The notes beneath the pieces are model-generated. The model searched no databases and was not told the DNA's origin. It saw only the letters and a list, made by a program, of their open reading frames with translations. From Candidatus Latescibacterota bacterium (GTDB lineage: Bacteria > Latescibacterota > UBA2968 > SICM01): DNA of 64,000 nt. The stretch's first letter is position 1. Every line of letters begins with the position of its first letter. The position numbers were made by a program, and so were the translations under genes. The DNA is taken from NCBI GenBank assembly GCA_965217865.1, contig CBDCJO010000002.1:2624001-2688000 (forward strand), written 5' to 3'. This document shows, one piece after another, positions 39,780 to 50,002 of the stretch.

Positions 39780-41416
39780 TCCTTCGTACGCTTTCTCTCC
39801 GAACCCGAATCGTGATCGCCATGATTCTCCTGGCCCTCGCGACCGCCCTCGCACTCTCCTACCTGACCGAAAGCCTCCTGGACAGAAGTTTGAGGCTGAG
39901 CATCCACCCCAACGTCCGGTCTGTCCTCTCCGAGGCCCTCTCCGTGGCCAAAACCAGCTATAGCGACCGACGCGTATCCCTCGGACGCCTGGGGGAGCGC
40001 CTCGCCCGGTCCGAATCAGCGGCCGAGGCATTCCGGTCGGGAAACGTGTCTCAACTTCAAAACCTTGTCGGATCTAACGAAGGTGGGGATCGAATCTCTG
40101 AAGTGAAGGTGATTCGTTTCTCCCAAGAGGACCCCTCCCCTGAATCGGGCCTCGAGGGAATCCCTTTGGCACATAGCGATCTCCTCGAAGCCTTGAAGAG
40201 CGGGCCCTACCTGTTTCGTGACAGGGACCAGGGAAATCTTCTCAAGATGCTCGTCCCTTTCTTCGACAATGAAACGATAGCCGGCGTACTCATCCTGGTG
40301 GAACAGATCGATCCGACTTTCTTCAGGATCGAGGGGGCCGCTCAGACCTATGAGGATATCGATACGAGCGAAAGAGCCATCCGGCGGGCCCATCTTCTCA
40401 CCGTCCTGGCCGTAGCCTTCGCCGTGCTTCTCCTTGCAACCCTGGTCGGGGTCTGGATCGCCTTCGGAATCACGCATCCCTTGCGGGATCTCATCAAGGG
40501 CACCCGGGAACTCGCGCGAGATAATTTGAGCCACCGCATTCCGCAGCACCGAAAGGACGAAATCGGTCTCCTGATCGACTCCTTTAACCGGATGGCTTCC
40601 GATCTTCAGGAAAACCGCCGTCAGCGGGTCGAGGCCGAGAAAGTGGCCGCATGGCGTGAAATCGCCAGAAGGCTTGCGCACGAGATCAAGAACCCCCTGA
40701 CGCCCATACAGCTAACGGTCCAGGAGATGCGGGACAAGTACGGCGGAGCCGATCCGATTTACAAAAAATTGCTAGACGATTGCGCTGAAATCATCACGGA
40801 AGAGGTGGAGAGTCTCAAGAACCTGGTTAAAGTCTTCGCGGATTTCGCACGCCTTCCGGACCTGAAAGTGACCCCCACCGGCCTGAACAACCTGATCGAG
40901 GATGTGGCAAGACTCTATCCCGATGCCCCGATCACCCTCGATCTGAGGGACGGCATCCCTCAGATTCCTGTCGACCGGGGACAAATCCGGCGCGTCCTCA
41001 TCAACCTGATTGAGAACGCGGCCGTGGGACTCGATGGGAACGGAAAAATTCTCATCAAAGCGGAAACGGGAGAACCCCTTGAAGGAAGATACAGCGGACA
41101 GGCACCACCCGGGGTTTTACAAGACCCCCACGCACAGGGCTGGATAGACGTGGTCGTGAGCGACACGGGTCCCGGCATCCCCCCCGAAAATCTGGAGCAT
41201 ATCTTCGAACCCTACTTCTCCACGAAACGGACCGGCATGGGCCTCGGCCTGGCCATCGTCAAAAACATCGTCGAACAGCACCACGGACAAATCAACGTCG
41301 AAAGCCACCTCGGAACCGGAACCTCGTTTACGATTCGGCTCCCTGTTGACGGACAACCCTCGGGCGAAAACGTTGCTGGATTGTTGCAAAAGTCAAACGG
41401 TATTCTAAGTACTTGA
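39776..41416 (+). CDS. NtrY-like sensor histidine kinase (HAMP, HisKA, HATPase)
   Basis: AWREIARRLAHEIKNPLTPIQL, NLIENA, DTGPGI, GMGLGLAIV. Confidence 0.92.
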   Translation: MILRTLSLRTRIVIAMILLALATALALSYLTESLLDRSLRLSIHPNVRSVLSEALSVAKTSYSDRRVSLGRLGERLARSESAAEAFRSGNVSQLQNLVGSNEGGDRISEVKVIRFSQEDPSPESGLEGIPLAHSDLLEALKSGPYLFRDRDQGNLLKMLVPFFDNETIAGVLILVEQIDPTFFRIEGAAQTYEDIDTSERAIRRAHLLTVLAVAFAVLLLATLVGVWIAFGITHPLRDLIKGTRELARDNLSHRIPQHRKDEIGLLIDSFNRMASDLQENRRQRVEAEKVAAWREIARRLAHEIKNPLTPIQLTVQEMRDKYGGADPIYKKLLDDCAEIITEEVESLKNLVKVFADFARLPDLKVTPTGLNNLIEDVARLYPDAPITLDLRDGIPQIPVDRGQIRRVLINLIENAAVGLDGNGKILIKAETGEPLEGRYSGQAPPGVLQDPHAQGWIDVVVSDTGPGIPPENLEHIFEPYFSTKRTGMGLGLAIVKNIVEQHHGQINVESHLGTGTSFTIRLPVDGQPSGENVAGLLQKSNGILST

Positions 41417-41464
41417 ATCATTCCTTTTTGAAAGCGAGACGGTTTCATTTTGCAAATCCTTTTT

Positions 41465-41635
41465 GACACCCCTCCCCCCCCCTCCCCTTGTAAAGGAGAG
41501 AAGAGATCATGTGTTTTAAATTTCGCTAAAATAAAGGCGATATCCCCCTTCCCTTTAGGGAAGGGGCGCAGGGGGTAAGGTCTGACACCCGATCGATTTT
41601 GTTGTTCGTCAAAACTACCCTGAATTGAACCAAAA
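41465..41635. repeat. REP-like palindromic composite related to 35630-35760
   Basis: CCCCTCCCCTTGTAAAGGAGAG and CCCCTTCCCTTTAGGGAAGGGG; tail TGTTCGTCAAAACTACCCTGAATTGAA also at about 46383. Confidence 0.6.
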
Positions 41636-41708
41636 ATAGATGCACGCATCCCGGTCCATCGTCTCCTGTCTGCCGAAAAATTCCATTTTCCATTTTTCAT
41701 TTTGAATT

Positions 41709-43034
41709 ATGAAACCAAAAATCCTGATCGTCGACGACGAACGAAACATCCGCCGCTCCCTCGACATGATCCTCACAGGTGAAGGATACGAAGTCATCTG
41801 TGCGGAACGGGGCGAAGACGCCACAACCCTCTCCGTCCAGAAACGACCGGATGCTGTGCTTCTGGACATTGTTCTGCCCGACATCGACGGCATCGAAGTC
41901 CTGAAGCGGATCAAAGCCCGTTCACCCGACCTTCCGATCATCATGATCTCGGGCCACGGGACCGTGCAGGATGCCGTCCAGGCCACCCGTCTGGGGGCTT
42001 ACGACTTTTTCGAAAAGCCCCTTTCAAAAGAGAAAATCCTTCTCACCCTCGGCCACGCCCTGGAAACCAGGACCCTGAGACGGGGGTTCGAGATGATTGG
42101 AGAGGGGCCGTCCATGCTGGCCATCCATGAGCAGGTGAGCCGGGTGGCGCCCACCAACGGCCGGGTGCTGCTCATGGGCGAGAGCGGAACCGGCAAGGAA
42201 CTCGTAGCCCGGTCCATTCACTACAACAGCCCCCGAAAAAATATGCCTTTTATCAAGGTCAACTGCGCTGCGATCCCGGAGGAACTGATCGAAAGCGAAC
42301 TGTTTGGCAGCGATCGGGGTGCCTTCACCGGGGCTGTCAAAACGCGGGACGGAAAGTTTCTCCAGGCCGACGGGGGAACCCTCTTCCTGGATGAGATCGG
42401 CGACATGAGCTTTAACGTCCAGTCCAAGGTCCTTCGCGCCCTCGAGCAGGGGGAGTTTGAACGGGTCGGCGGCACCCAAACCATCCAGGTGGACGTACGC
42501 GTCCTCGCGGCCACCAACCGTGACCTTCCAAAACTCGTCGAGACAGGGAAATTCCGCGAAGACCTCTATTTCCGCCTGAACGTGGTGCCTCTCGTCGTCA
42601 CTCCCCTCCGGGAACGTCCGGAAGACATTCCGCTGCTCGTCGGCAGCTTCCTGGAACACGTCGCTGCCGAGAACGGGGTCCGTGGCAAAACGGTATCCGA
42701 AGAGGCGATGAAGATCCTGTGCGCCTACACCTGGCCGGGAAACATCCGGGAACTTCGCAACGTCGTCGAACGTCTGTCGATCATGGTGACCGGGGATGTC
42801 ATCCGTCCGACCGACCTTCCAACCGAACTCCGTGCGGGAAGGAACATCATCCGAAAAGGCTCGGAGGCTTCCGGGAAAACCCTGAAGGAGATTCGGGAGC
42901 AAGTCGAGAAAGACTACATTCGCGCAGTCCTCGCAGAACACGATTGGAATGTCACCCAGGCCGCAAAAGATCTCGGCATCGAACGCACCAATCTGCACAA
43001 GAAGATCAAATTCTACGGGATCGGAAAGGAATAA
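41709..43034 (+). CDS. NtrX/NtrC-like sigma-54-dependent response regulator
   Basis: Receiver (IVDDE, LLDI), GESGTGKE, GAFTGA, LFLDEIG, WPGNIREL, Fis-type HTH. Confidence 0.93.
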   Translation: MKPKILIVDDERNIRRSLDMILTGEGYEVICAERGEDATTLSVQKRPDAVLLDIVLPDIDGIEVLKRIKARSPDLPIIMISGHGTVQDAVQATRLGAYDFFEKPLSKEKILLTLGHALETRTLRRGFEMIGEGPSMLAIHEQVSRVAPTNGRVLLMGESGTGKELVARSIHYNSPRKNMPFIKVNCAAIPEELIESELFGSDRGAFTGAVKTRDGKFLQADGGTLFLDEIGDMSFNVQSKVLRALEQGEFERVGGTQTIQVDVRVLAATNRDLPKLVETGKFREDLYFRLNVVPLVVTPLRERPEDIPLLVGSFLEHVAAENGVRGKTVSEEAMKILCAYTWPGNIRELRNVVERLSIMVTGDVIRPTDLPTELRAGRNIIRKGSEASGKTLKEIREQVEKDYIRAVLAEHDWNVTQAAKDLGIERTNLHKKIKFYGIGKE

Positions 43035-43073
43035 CCGTAAACAAAATGACTCTCCAATTACGTAAGCCACGTC

Positions 43074-43113
43074 CTGAGCGGAGCAGCGCACCAGCGCTGC
43101 GTAGTCGAAGGAG
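43074..43113. repeat. REP-like palindrome, copy 1 (copy 2 at 49429-49468)
   Basis: CTGAGCGGAGCAGCGCACCAGCGCTGCGTAGTCGAAGGAG; related unit at about 46137-46175. Confidence 0.75.
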
Positions 43114-43342
43114 ATCCTTCTTTTTCAGCCCTTTTTCTTGATGAGCAAGAAAAAGGGCGACCTTGGGGGAAGGGTGGTAATCAGACAAACAACGGTGGGG
43201 TGGTAGCAAGAAAGGGTGAACTTGGGAGGGTTGGAAGCAAGCATCAGCTTTGAGAAAGTTTAATCCAAGGGTGTCTGTTACACACAACTAATAACCAGGA
43301 AGATCTACCTTTTTAACAATCCAACAATCAGAAAGCCATCTC

Positions 43343-44473
43343 ATGGTCCTTCCTCGGAACCTCTTCCGAACGTGTGTCGTCTTTCTGCTCCTTGTTCCAT
43401 CCGTCGCATCCCCTCGCATCGGATCCTTCCCTGAAAGAGGCTTTGCCATCAACATGAGCCCAACCCGATACAACAGGGTGGAAGGCCTCTTCTTCGGGGG
43501 AAACCTGGTGATCGCCCCGGAGGATTGGAGGGGGATCAGCCTGTTCGGCGCCGGGGGTTATGGCCGGGAAAACAAGGCCTGGCGACACGAGGTGGGTCTC
43601 AAAATGGCAAGCGACAAAACCAGTCTCTCCTTTTCCCAGTTCAACCGGACCGCCAGCCTGGATGACTCCCTGATCACAACGGGTGCGAACTCCTTCATGG
43701 CCCTCCTCTTTAATAGGGATTATAAGGACTACTTTCAGGCCAGAGGAGGTGTGGAATGGCTTGCGACACACCGTCATAACAAATCCCTCGCCTTCAACGC
43801 CCGGTTGTCACTCTCCACCCTGAGAAACATGCGGAAGTCCACAGACTGGAGCCTGTTCCGCCGGGATGAAGACTTTCGCGACAACCCCGGGATCGTGCAG
43901 GGAAAGGAGGGACTCATCTCCGGTTCGATCGTCGTGGACCTTCGCCGTTCGAACCCCATCCGCAGGGGCGGCACCTATCTCTCCGTAGAATATCGCCATC
44001 GTTTTCGGGACTTTGAAGACAACGGGCTGACGCTGAAGCTCCAGCGATATCAGGTCATGCCGTTTGGGGACCAGACTCTTTTATTGCGCGCGATGTTGGC
44101 CAGCAGGACCAAACTTGCCCCGCAGGACAGTCTCCACCAACTCTACCTGGGCGGTATCGGAACCTTGCGGGGGTTGGCATTTCGGGAACTTTCAGGCAAT
44201 CGGTTGTTGATGTTCAATGCGGACTATATCTTCCAGGACGCCCTCAAACTCCTGGACCTTGTCCTTTTTTTCGACACCGGTTGGATCGGCCGACGCCCTC
44301 AATCCGCATCCGTCCTCACCGGCTTCGGCGACGTCCAGTGGAGCGATTTCAAGTCCAACATCGGCATGGCGCTCTCGCTGAGCGGCCAGCGGCTGCGTCT
44401 CAACATTGCCCGCAGGTTTGACCGCCGGGACGCAAAGTGGGTGGTTACGATTCGGGGACGGAGGAGCCTGTGA
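43343..44473 (+). CDS. Outer-membrane beta-barrel protein (Omp85-like)
   Basis: RYNRVEGLF, LYLGGIGTLRG, GNRLLMFN, FFDTG motifs. Confidence 0.7.
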   Translation: MVLPRNLFRTCVVFLLLVPSVASPRIGSFPERGFAINMSPTRYNRVEGLFFGGNLVIAPEDWRGISLFGAGGYGRENKAWRHEVGLKMASDKTSLSFSQFNRTASLDDSLITTGANSFMALLFNRDYKDYFQARGGVEWLATHRHNKSLAFNARLSLSTLRNMRKSTDWSLFRRDEDFRDNPGIVQGKEGLISGSIVVDLRRSNPIRRGGTYLSVEYRHRFRDFEDNGLTLKLQRYQVMPFGDQTLLLRAMLASRTKLAPQDSLHQLYLGGIGTLRGLAFRELSGNRLLMFNADYIFQDALKLLDLVLFFDTGWIGRRPQSASVLTGFGDVQWSDFKSNIGMALSLSGQRLRLNIARRFDRRDAKWVVTIRGRRSL

Positions 44474-46053
44474 AGAGCTCCAGGGGGGTTGGGGCTTCTG
44501 TTTCTTCCATCCTCGTCGCGATCTTTGCCATCCCCCAGTCCCTTCTCTGGGCAGGAGAACCCTTCCGGGTCTTCGACCTCGAAATGCCCGGGCACGTTGG
44601 GTATTTCCTCGCGGAAGACCTGGACGAAGACGGCCTTAAAGAATTAATCGTCCTCCACAAAAAACCACCTCCATCAAGAGTGGCGGTGACATCTCTGTGG
44701 ATGTCGATCTTTTTTCAGAGTGACGCCGGATTCGGGGCGAGTCCGGATCGTACCATCCCCATCGACCCCCGGGCAGCCGTCTTCGATGTGGGGGATTTGC
44801 TGCCAACTCCAGGTAAGGAGATTTCTTTCCTGGGTCCCGATGGACTCCACGCCTACCCATCCCTGGATAGTTCGTCCCATCCCCGTCCACAGAAAGTCCT
44901 CGATATCCCCTCTATTTTCACGTTTCACGATCCCTCCGCACTTGCCCACTTCGACTTTATCTCCGATCTGGATCGAGACGGCATAGAAGATATCATGGTG
45001 CCGCAGCGGGATGGATTGGCGATCTACACAAAGGATCCAGACGGCCTGCTAATCCCCTCGGGGGTAATCCAAATGGGATGGGTTTCAACGATTCATAGCC
45101 TTTCCTCGCAACGGAGGGCCCTGGGCTTTGGAGTCCGCATGAGTGTGGCCACCCCTCGGTTTTTGACGCAGGACTTCAACGGCGATCGGAGGAGCGACCT
45201 GATCGCTATCTATTCCGATAGCCTCTGCGCCTTCTTTCAAAAGCCGGGAGGGGGTTTCGACGGCCCCCCCGATCAGGTGATCGATCTACGGTTCGATCGC
45301 ATCGCGACAGGGACACAGACCATACGGGAGGCTCCCGAGGACCGGGACGAACACACCAGCATCACAAAGATCACGGACTTGAATGGGGATGGACGGATAG
45401 ACTTGCTGGCCCTTCGGATCTCGACCCGGAAGAGCGCCCTCCGCCCCGAGACCGAGGTACAGGTCTATTATGGCCGGGAGACCGAAGGCCGAAACCTGTT
45501 TCCCGCTGATCCCGACCAGATCCTGAAGGCGAAAGGCACCCAGATCCTCGCCGATGCCGTCGACCTCGACGGAGACGGAAGGATGGACCTCATCGTCCCC
45601 ACGATTAAACTCGGCCTTGCGCAGATCATCCGGGTCTTGATCTCGAAGACCCTCGAGGTAGATGTCCATATCTTTCTGATGGGAAAGGACGGCCGCTACC
45701 CCAAAAAGGCCTCGGACAAAAGAGACTTTCCCGTACAGTTCGACTTCAAGGGTCAACACAGTCAACCGGTCTACGAAGTCGTGGATCTTAACAATGACGG
45801 AAGGATTGATATTCTCACCAGCGCAGATTTTGAGGAGCTCGAGGGCTATTATGGCGTCCCCAAAAAGATCTTGCGAAACAAACCCGATTTTCGATTTCGC
45901 GTAAAGTTGCCCCGAAACGGAGAACGCGTCATCGCGATCCAACTGAACCCGGACAGCCGGGCGGACCTTGTGATCACCTACGAAATACAGGATATGGAAG
46001 AAGGGGAAGACCTGCGGAATTTGGTTCGGGTTCTGCTCTCCGACGGTCCTTGA
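44470..46053 (+). CDS. FG-GAP/VCBS repeat protein
   Basis: Repeated DLDEDG, DLDRDG, DFNGD, DLNGDGRIDL, DLDGDGRMDL. Confidence 0.85.
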   Translation: MKSSRGVGASVSSILVAIFAIPQSLLWAGEPFRVFDLEMPGHVGYFLAEDLDEDGLKELIVLHKKPPPSRVAVTSLWMSIFFQSDAGFGASPDRTIPIDPRAAVFDVGDLLPTPGKEISFLGPDGLHAYPSLDSSSHPRPQKVLDIPSIFTFHDPSALAHFDFISDLDRDGIEDIMVPQRDGLAIYTKDPDGLLIPSGVIQMGWVSTIHSLSSQRRALGFGVRMSVATPRFLTQDFNGDRRSDLIAIYSDSLCAFFQKPGGGFDGPPDQVIDLRFDRIATGTQTIREAPEDRDEHTSITKITDLNGDGRIDLLALRISTRKSALRPETEVQVYYGRETEGRNLFPADPDQILKAKGTQILADAVDLDGDGRMDLIVPTIKLGLAQIIRVLISKTLEVDVHIFLMGKDGRYPKKASDKRDFPVQFDFKGQHSQPVYEVVDLNNDGRIDILTSADFEELEGYYGVPKKILRNKPDFRFRVKLPRNGERVIAIQLNPDSRADLVITYEIQDMEEGEDLRNLVRVLLSDGP

Positions 46054-46083
46054 GGGAAGGATACGCCGAACAAGTCAAAAAAA

Positions 46084-46290
46084 TGTCATTCTGAGCCCCT
46101 TCACTTCGTTCAGGATAAACTCCGGCGAAGCTTGTCCTGAGCGGAGTGGCCGGTCTTTGGCACGGAGTCGAAGGGAATCTCGTTTTTCGTAAAACGAATA
46201 TCCAAGAGATAAAACGCTTTCTCTTCGACTATTAGGCATTTCAAACTAAATATGTCATTCTGAGCCGAAGGCGAAGAATCTCTGTTTTCG
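46084..46290. repeat. REP-like cluster (TGTCATTCTGAGC...GAATCT family)
   Basis: Two TGTCATTCTGAGC starts (46084, 46252) with nested palindromes. Confidence 0.65.
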
Positions 46291-46603
46291 GATTCTCTCT
46301 GAAGGTGACCTTCAAGTCACGTGATATTGGATCGATTCCAAAGCAACTTTTGCTAAAACAAAAACATTACGATCGTTTTTTATGTTCGTCAAGACTAACC
46401 CTGATTTGAAGAGGCCTTTCAATCTTCAATCGTCAATATTCAATCCTAAATTTCCCCTGACCTCTGACCCCTGGCTTTTCCTGCCCCTCCACTGCCTTTT
46501 CCCGTCTCACCTCTAACGTCCCGCAAACTGAGTTGAATTTAGGTTTTTTCTTCTGTATTCTGTATTCACGGTGGGGATGGGCGGAAGGGTCTTACTCCTA
46601 CCC

Positions 46604-47254
46604 CTACATTTTCCCATTCGACGGACATGCTTTTTTTATCGCGCATGCCGGACATTCAGGCGATCGTGCGGTGCAGGTCCTCCGTCCGTGATGGATTAAA
46701 AGATGGGGAAAGACAACCCAGTGCCTTTTCGGAACAAGCTTGATCAAATCCTGCTCGATCTTCTTCGGGTCCTGATTTTGGGTCAGACCCAGCCTGTTTG
46801 TGATCCGCCGGACGTGCGTATCTACGACGACCCCGGACGCGATCCCGAATGCATTCCCCATCACAACGTTGGCTGTCTTACGACCGACACCCGGTAGGCG
46901 GGTCAGAGCTGCAAGATCTTTGGGAACCTCTCCCTCGTGCTCCAACACCAGATTTTGGCAGCAGGACTTGATATTCTTTGCTTTATTCCGAAAAAACCCC
47001 GTCGAACGTATGGCCTCCTCGATCCCCCCCAACTCCGCGGCGGCGTAGTCCTCCGCCGTCCTGTATTTAGCGAACAGGTGAGGCGTCACAGCGTTTACCC
47101 GCTCGTCCGTACATTGTGCAGAAAGAATTGTTGAAATCAACAACTCAAGCGGGTTGCCGTAGTCGAGGGAGCACTTCGCATCGGGGATCGCCCGCTTCAA
47201 TCCTCGGATGATCCTTAGAACACGTCCTCGTCTCTCCTCGCGACTCTCTCTCAC
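46604..47254 (-). CDS. nth: Endonuclease III
   Basis: LSAQCTD, LPGVGRKTANV, VDTH, C-terminal CxxxxxxCxxCxxxxxC Fe-S motif. Confidence 0.95.
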   Translation of the reverse strand: MRESREERRGRVLRIIRGLKRAIPDAKCSLDYGNPLELLISTILSAQCTDERVNAVTPHLFAKYRTAEDYAAAELGGIEEAIRSTGFFRNKAKNIKSCCQNLVLEHEGEVPKDLAALTRLPGVGRKTANVVMGNAFGIASGVVVDTHVRRITNRLGLTQNQDPKKIEQDLIKLVPKRHWVVFPHLLIHHGRRTCTARSPECPACAIKKACPSNGKM

Positions 47255-47535
47255 GATCGCCCCCCTTGCCTCTGACCCCTGACTTTTCTTGCCACTGCTA
47301 CTGCCTTTTCCGTCCCACCACTAATGTCCCGCCGACTGGATGAATTTAGGTCTTCTTCTGACTCCTGTCTTCTGTATTCTCTATTCCGGTGGTGATGGGG
47401 CGAAGAGTCTTGCCTTTGCCTTTCCTGCTACTGCCTTTGCTTTCCCTCTGACCTCCGACCTCTGACCCCCGATTTTCGTCTTACGTCTCACGTTTGACGT
47501 TTGACATTTTTTTCCCATCGTCCATCGTCCATCGT

Positions 47536-48415
47536 CTATGGTCTATGGTCCAATATCTTAATATATTTCTTCAGCTCGATCACCTTCCCTCCTTCCCCCT
47601 TGGATAGGTATACAAGCATCAGGTTGTTCATCATCCGAATGAGGATATGGCGATTGGGAGCGGACTCCAGACAGGAATTATCAAATGTGTTGCCAAGCCG
47701 AGTCACGATCTCCTGGCACTCTTTCCGGGTGATCACCTCACCACGATTAAACGGATCGACGAAAAACTCTAGATCGGCATCACGATATTTTACGATGAAA
47801 TGTCCGGGCATCCCGATTCCGGATACCGGGAGACCGAGACGACGGCTCAAAAAAAGGTAAACGGCCGATAGGGTGATCGGAATGCCCACCCTCCGGTCCA
47901 GGACTCGGTTGATGAAGCTGTTTTCCGGATCCCGCACGGCCCCCCCCTTAAAACCCTTTTCATCGAACAGATAGGCATTCAGTTCGCGGATGGTATGGAT
48001 GGGATGGTCATTTTTCGAGACGTGCGGAGAAAGGTCGGCAGCCATTTCATCCAAGAGGTCCACATAGGGATCCGACAATACCTCGGGGTAGCCGAACTTC
48101 GCGATCAGGAAGGTCCCGACCTCAAGGTCGATTTCGGAGGAGAGGGATAGGTCCTCGAATTGTTTGTCCAGGGGGGGGGTCATCCATGCGGACCAAAAGT
48201 TTGGCGATCTCTTGTTGGGCCCGGACGTGAGATCCCGCGGCCGCATGAATCCCCACGACCGTCTCCTGGCTCATATCCGCCAGTTTTTTCCTTACCGCCC
48301 GCACGACCTCCTGGTCTTCATCTGAAAGGAGTGTGAGGATGGCTTGAATCTCTCGCTCAGTCAACCCGCCCGCCTTTGCATTTCCTGCTACTGCTACTGC
48401 ATTTTCCCGTCTCAC
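47536..48415 (-). CDS. SirB1/transglutaminase-like family protein, frameshifted in a G9 run
   Basis: PENSFINRVLDRRVGIPITLS, GMPGHF, VDPF; removing one G at 48171-48179 joins the two ORFs (RMDDPPLDKQF). Confidence 0.8.
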
Positions 48416-48496
48416 GTCTCACTTCTGACGTCTCACGTTTTCCCGACCACTGGCCCCTGCCTTTGCTTTTCCTGCCACTGCCACCAGCTACTGCCA

Positions 48497-49057
48497 CTAA
48501 CCTAAAACCAGATATCCGATAAGGGCAGATGCAAGAATGACGAGCGCCGGGTGAAGGCCCAGGAATATGACGGCTCCAATTGCTCCACCTGTTATCAAAT
48601 AGGTCCCCCAGGCCGAAGGGGTGTTCAACCGGAAGGGGAAGGACTTCTGAGCCACCTCATAAGTGACTAAAATAAGGAGAGCCACAACGGCCGGACGGAC
48701 CCCGAAGAGAACCGACTGAACCTTGGGATGGTTCCGATATTCGAAAAAGAAAGTCGCCAGAAGAAGGATCATGAAAAGAGACGGAACAATCGTACCTGCA
48801 AGACCCGCCAGGGCACCCCACACCCCTGCGATCTTAAAGCCCACATAACCGGACATCTTTGTTGCAATCGGGCCGGGGAGGGCGTAACCCATAGCCAATG
48901 CATCGGTAAACTCTTCGAGAGTCAGCCATTTGTGTGCCATGACCACCTCTTCCTGCATCAGAGGGATCATGGATGGCCCTCCCCCGTACGCGAAAATTCC
49001 AACCTTGCCAAAAGCCACGAAAATGTCCCATATTAAGGTGAATTTTTGAAAAAACAT
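48497..49057 (-). CDS. Chromate transporter (short-chain CHR)
   Basis: FGKVGIFAYGGG, ALPGPIA, GVRPAVVAL. Confidence 0.88.
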   Translation of the reverse strand: MFFQKFTLIWDIFVAFGKVGIFAYGGGPSMIPLMQEEVVMAHKWLTLEEFTDALAMGYALPGPIATKMSGYVGFKIAGVWGALAGLAGTIVPSLFMILLLATFFFEYRNHPKVQSVLFGVRPAVVALLILVTYEVAQKSFPFRLNTPSAWGTYLITGGAIGAVIFLGLHPALVILASALIGYLVLG

Positions 49058-49297
49058 GCGACCTCCTCAAGGGCGATGGACGATGTTCCTGCGAGAATTT
49101 TCAATATACAATCTGCCTGCTGGGGAGACAAGGCCATTTCGGCCCCATAATTTTTTTGGTTCGACCCCCTTTTTGAGATTTCTAATTTTGCCGGATTATA
49201 TTAGATTATACCTGGATTGCAGGCAGGCATCCCAGATCCTGATTCATTCCTGATCGGTGATGGACACAGCCCCGGGATAAGGGACGCGAGTGGAACT

Positions 49298-49468
49298 ACT
49301 GGATGTTATTAAAGTCAAACTGTACTTTCAGTACATGAATCATATTATTGGTTTTGCGCGCGACTCTGTCCCTCCTTTGAACGCTCCACCCAAATCCGGT
49401 AAAGGCACAAGCCCTCTCGAAGTTACATCTGAGCGGAGCAGCGCGTCAGCGCTGCGTAGTCGAAGGAG
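49298..49468. repeat. Second copies of the 95-bp dispersed repeat and REP-like palindrome
   Basis: Matches 37236-37331 and 43074-43113. Confidence 0.75.
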
Positions 49469-49621
49469 GGCACTAAATTTTGATTGTCATCTACAGTCCG
49501 GGCTTAGGCGCGCCCAACTCCGCGGCGTTTGAGCAGAGCCGGACATCCTTCGCATTCCATAGAAGTTAAATGCAAGCTCAATTCTGTTACACGCCACGAG
49601 AAAGAAAAGGAGAACTTGCCC

Positions 49622-49933
49622 ATGTCGAACGAGTCATCATCGGATAAAAGACAGCATCCGCGGATTCAGATTGAGCTCCCGGTCCAGGTCCACGGTGAGA
49701 CGGAGCGGCCATTGGTTCTTCAGATGTCCGACATCAGCGCACAGGGAATGCAGATTAAGATGACTCGTTCCGACTTCGAGGCACTCCAGAAACCCGGCGA
49801 AAAAGAGGGGATGAGCAGCTTCTTTGAAGTCCAGATCACTGCCCGGCTCTCGTGGGTGCGGCCGGATGTGGACGAGGGCCTTACCACAGGTTGGGAGTTC
49901 GACTTCATGGAGGACGAGGAACGCATCGGATAA
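49622..49933 (+). CDS. PilZ domain protein
   Basis: KRQHPR (RxxxR) and DISAQG (DxSxxG) c-di-GMP motifs; AGGAG upstream of ATG 49622. Confidence 0.8.
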   Translation: MSNESSSDKRQHPRIQIELPVQVHGETERPLVLQMSDISAQGMQIKMTRSDFEALQKPGEKEGMSSFFEVQITARLSWVRPDVDEGLTTGWEFDFMEDEERIG

Positions 49934-49936
49934 GCG

Positions 49937-49965
49937 TTGACAAAGAATCCCGATTGGGCTATTTT
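49937..49965 (+). promoter_or_regulatory. Sigma70-type promoter
   Basis: TTGACA-N17-TATTTT upstream of the TPR-efp-acc operon. Confidence 0.5.
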
Positions 49966-50002
49966 TGCCCCTTGCAAATTTTCTTCAAAAGTCGAAATCA
50001 CG

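Noticed and set aside
42024-43091. 355-aa antisense ORF (also 38931-40031, 21518-22435, 6193-6897)
   Set aside because: Shadow ORFs opposite well-supported genes.
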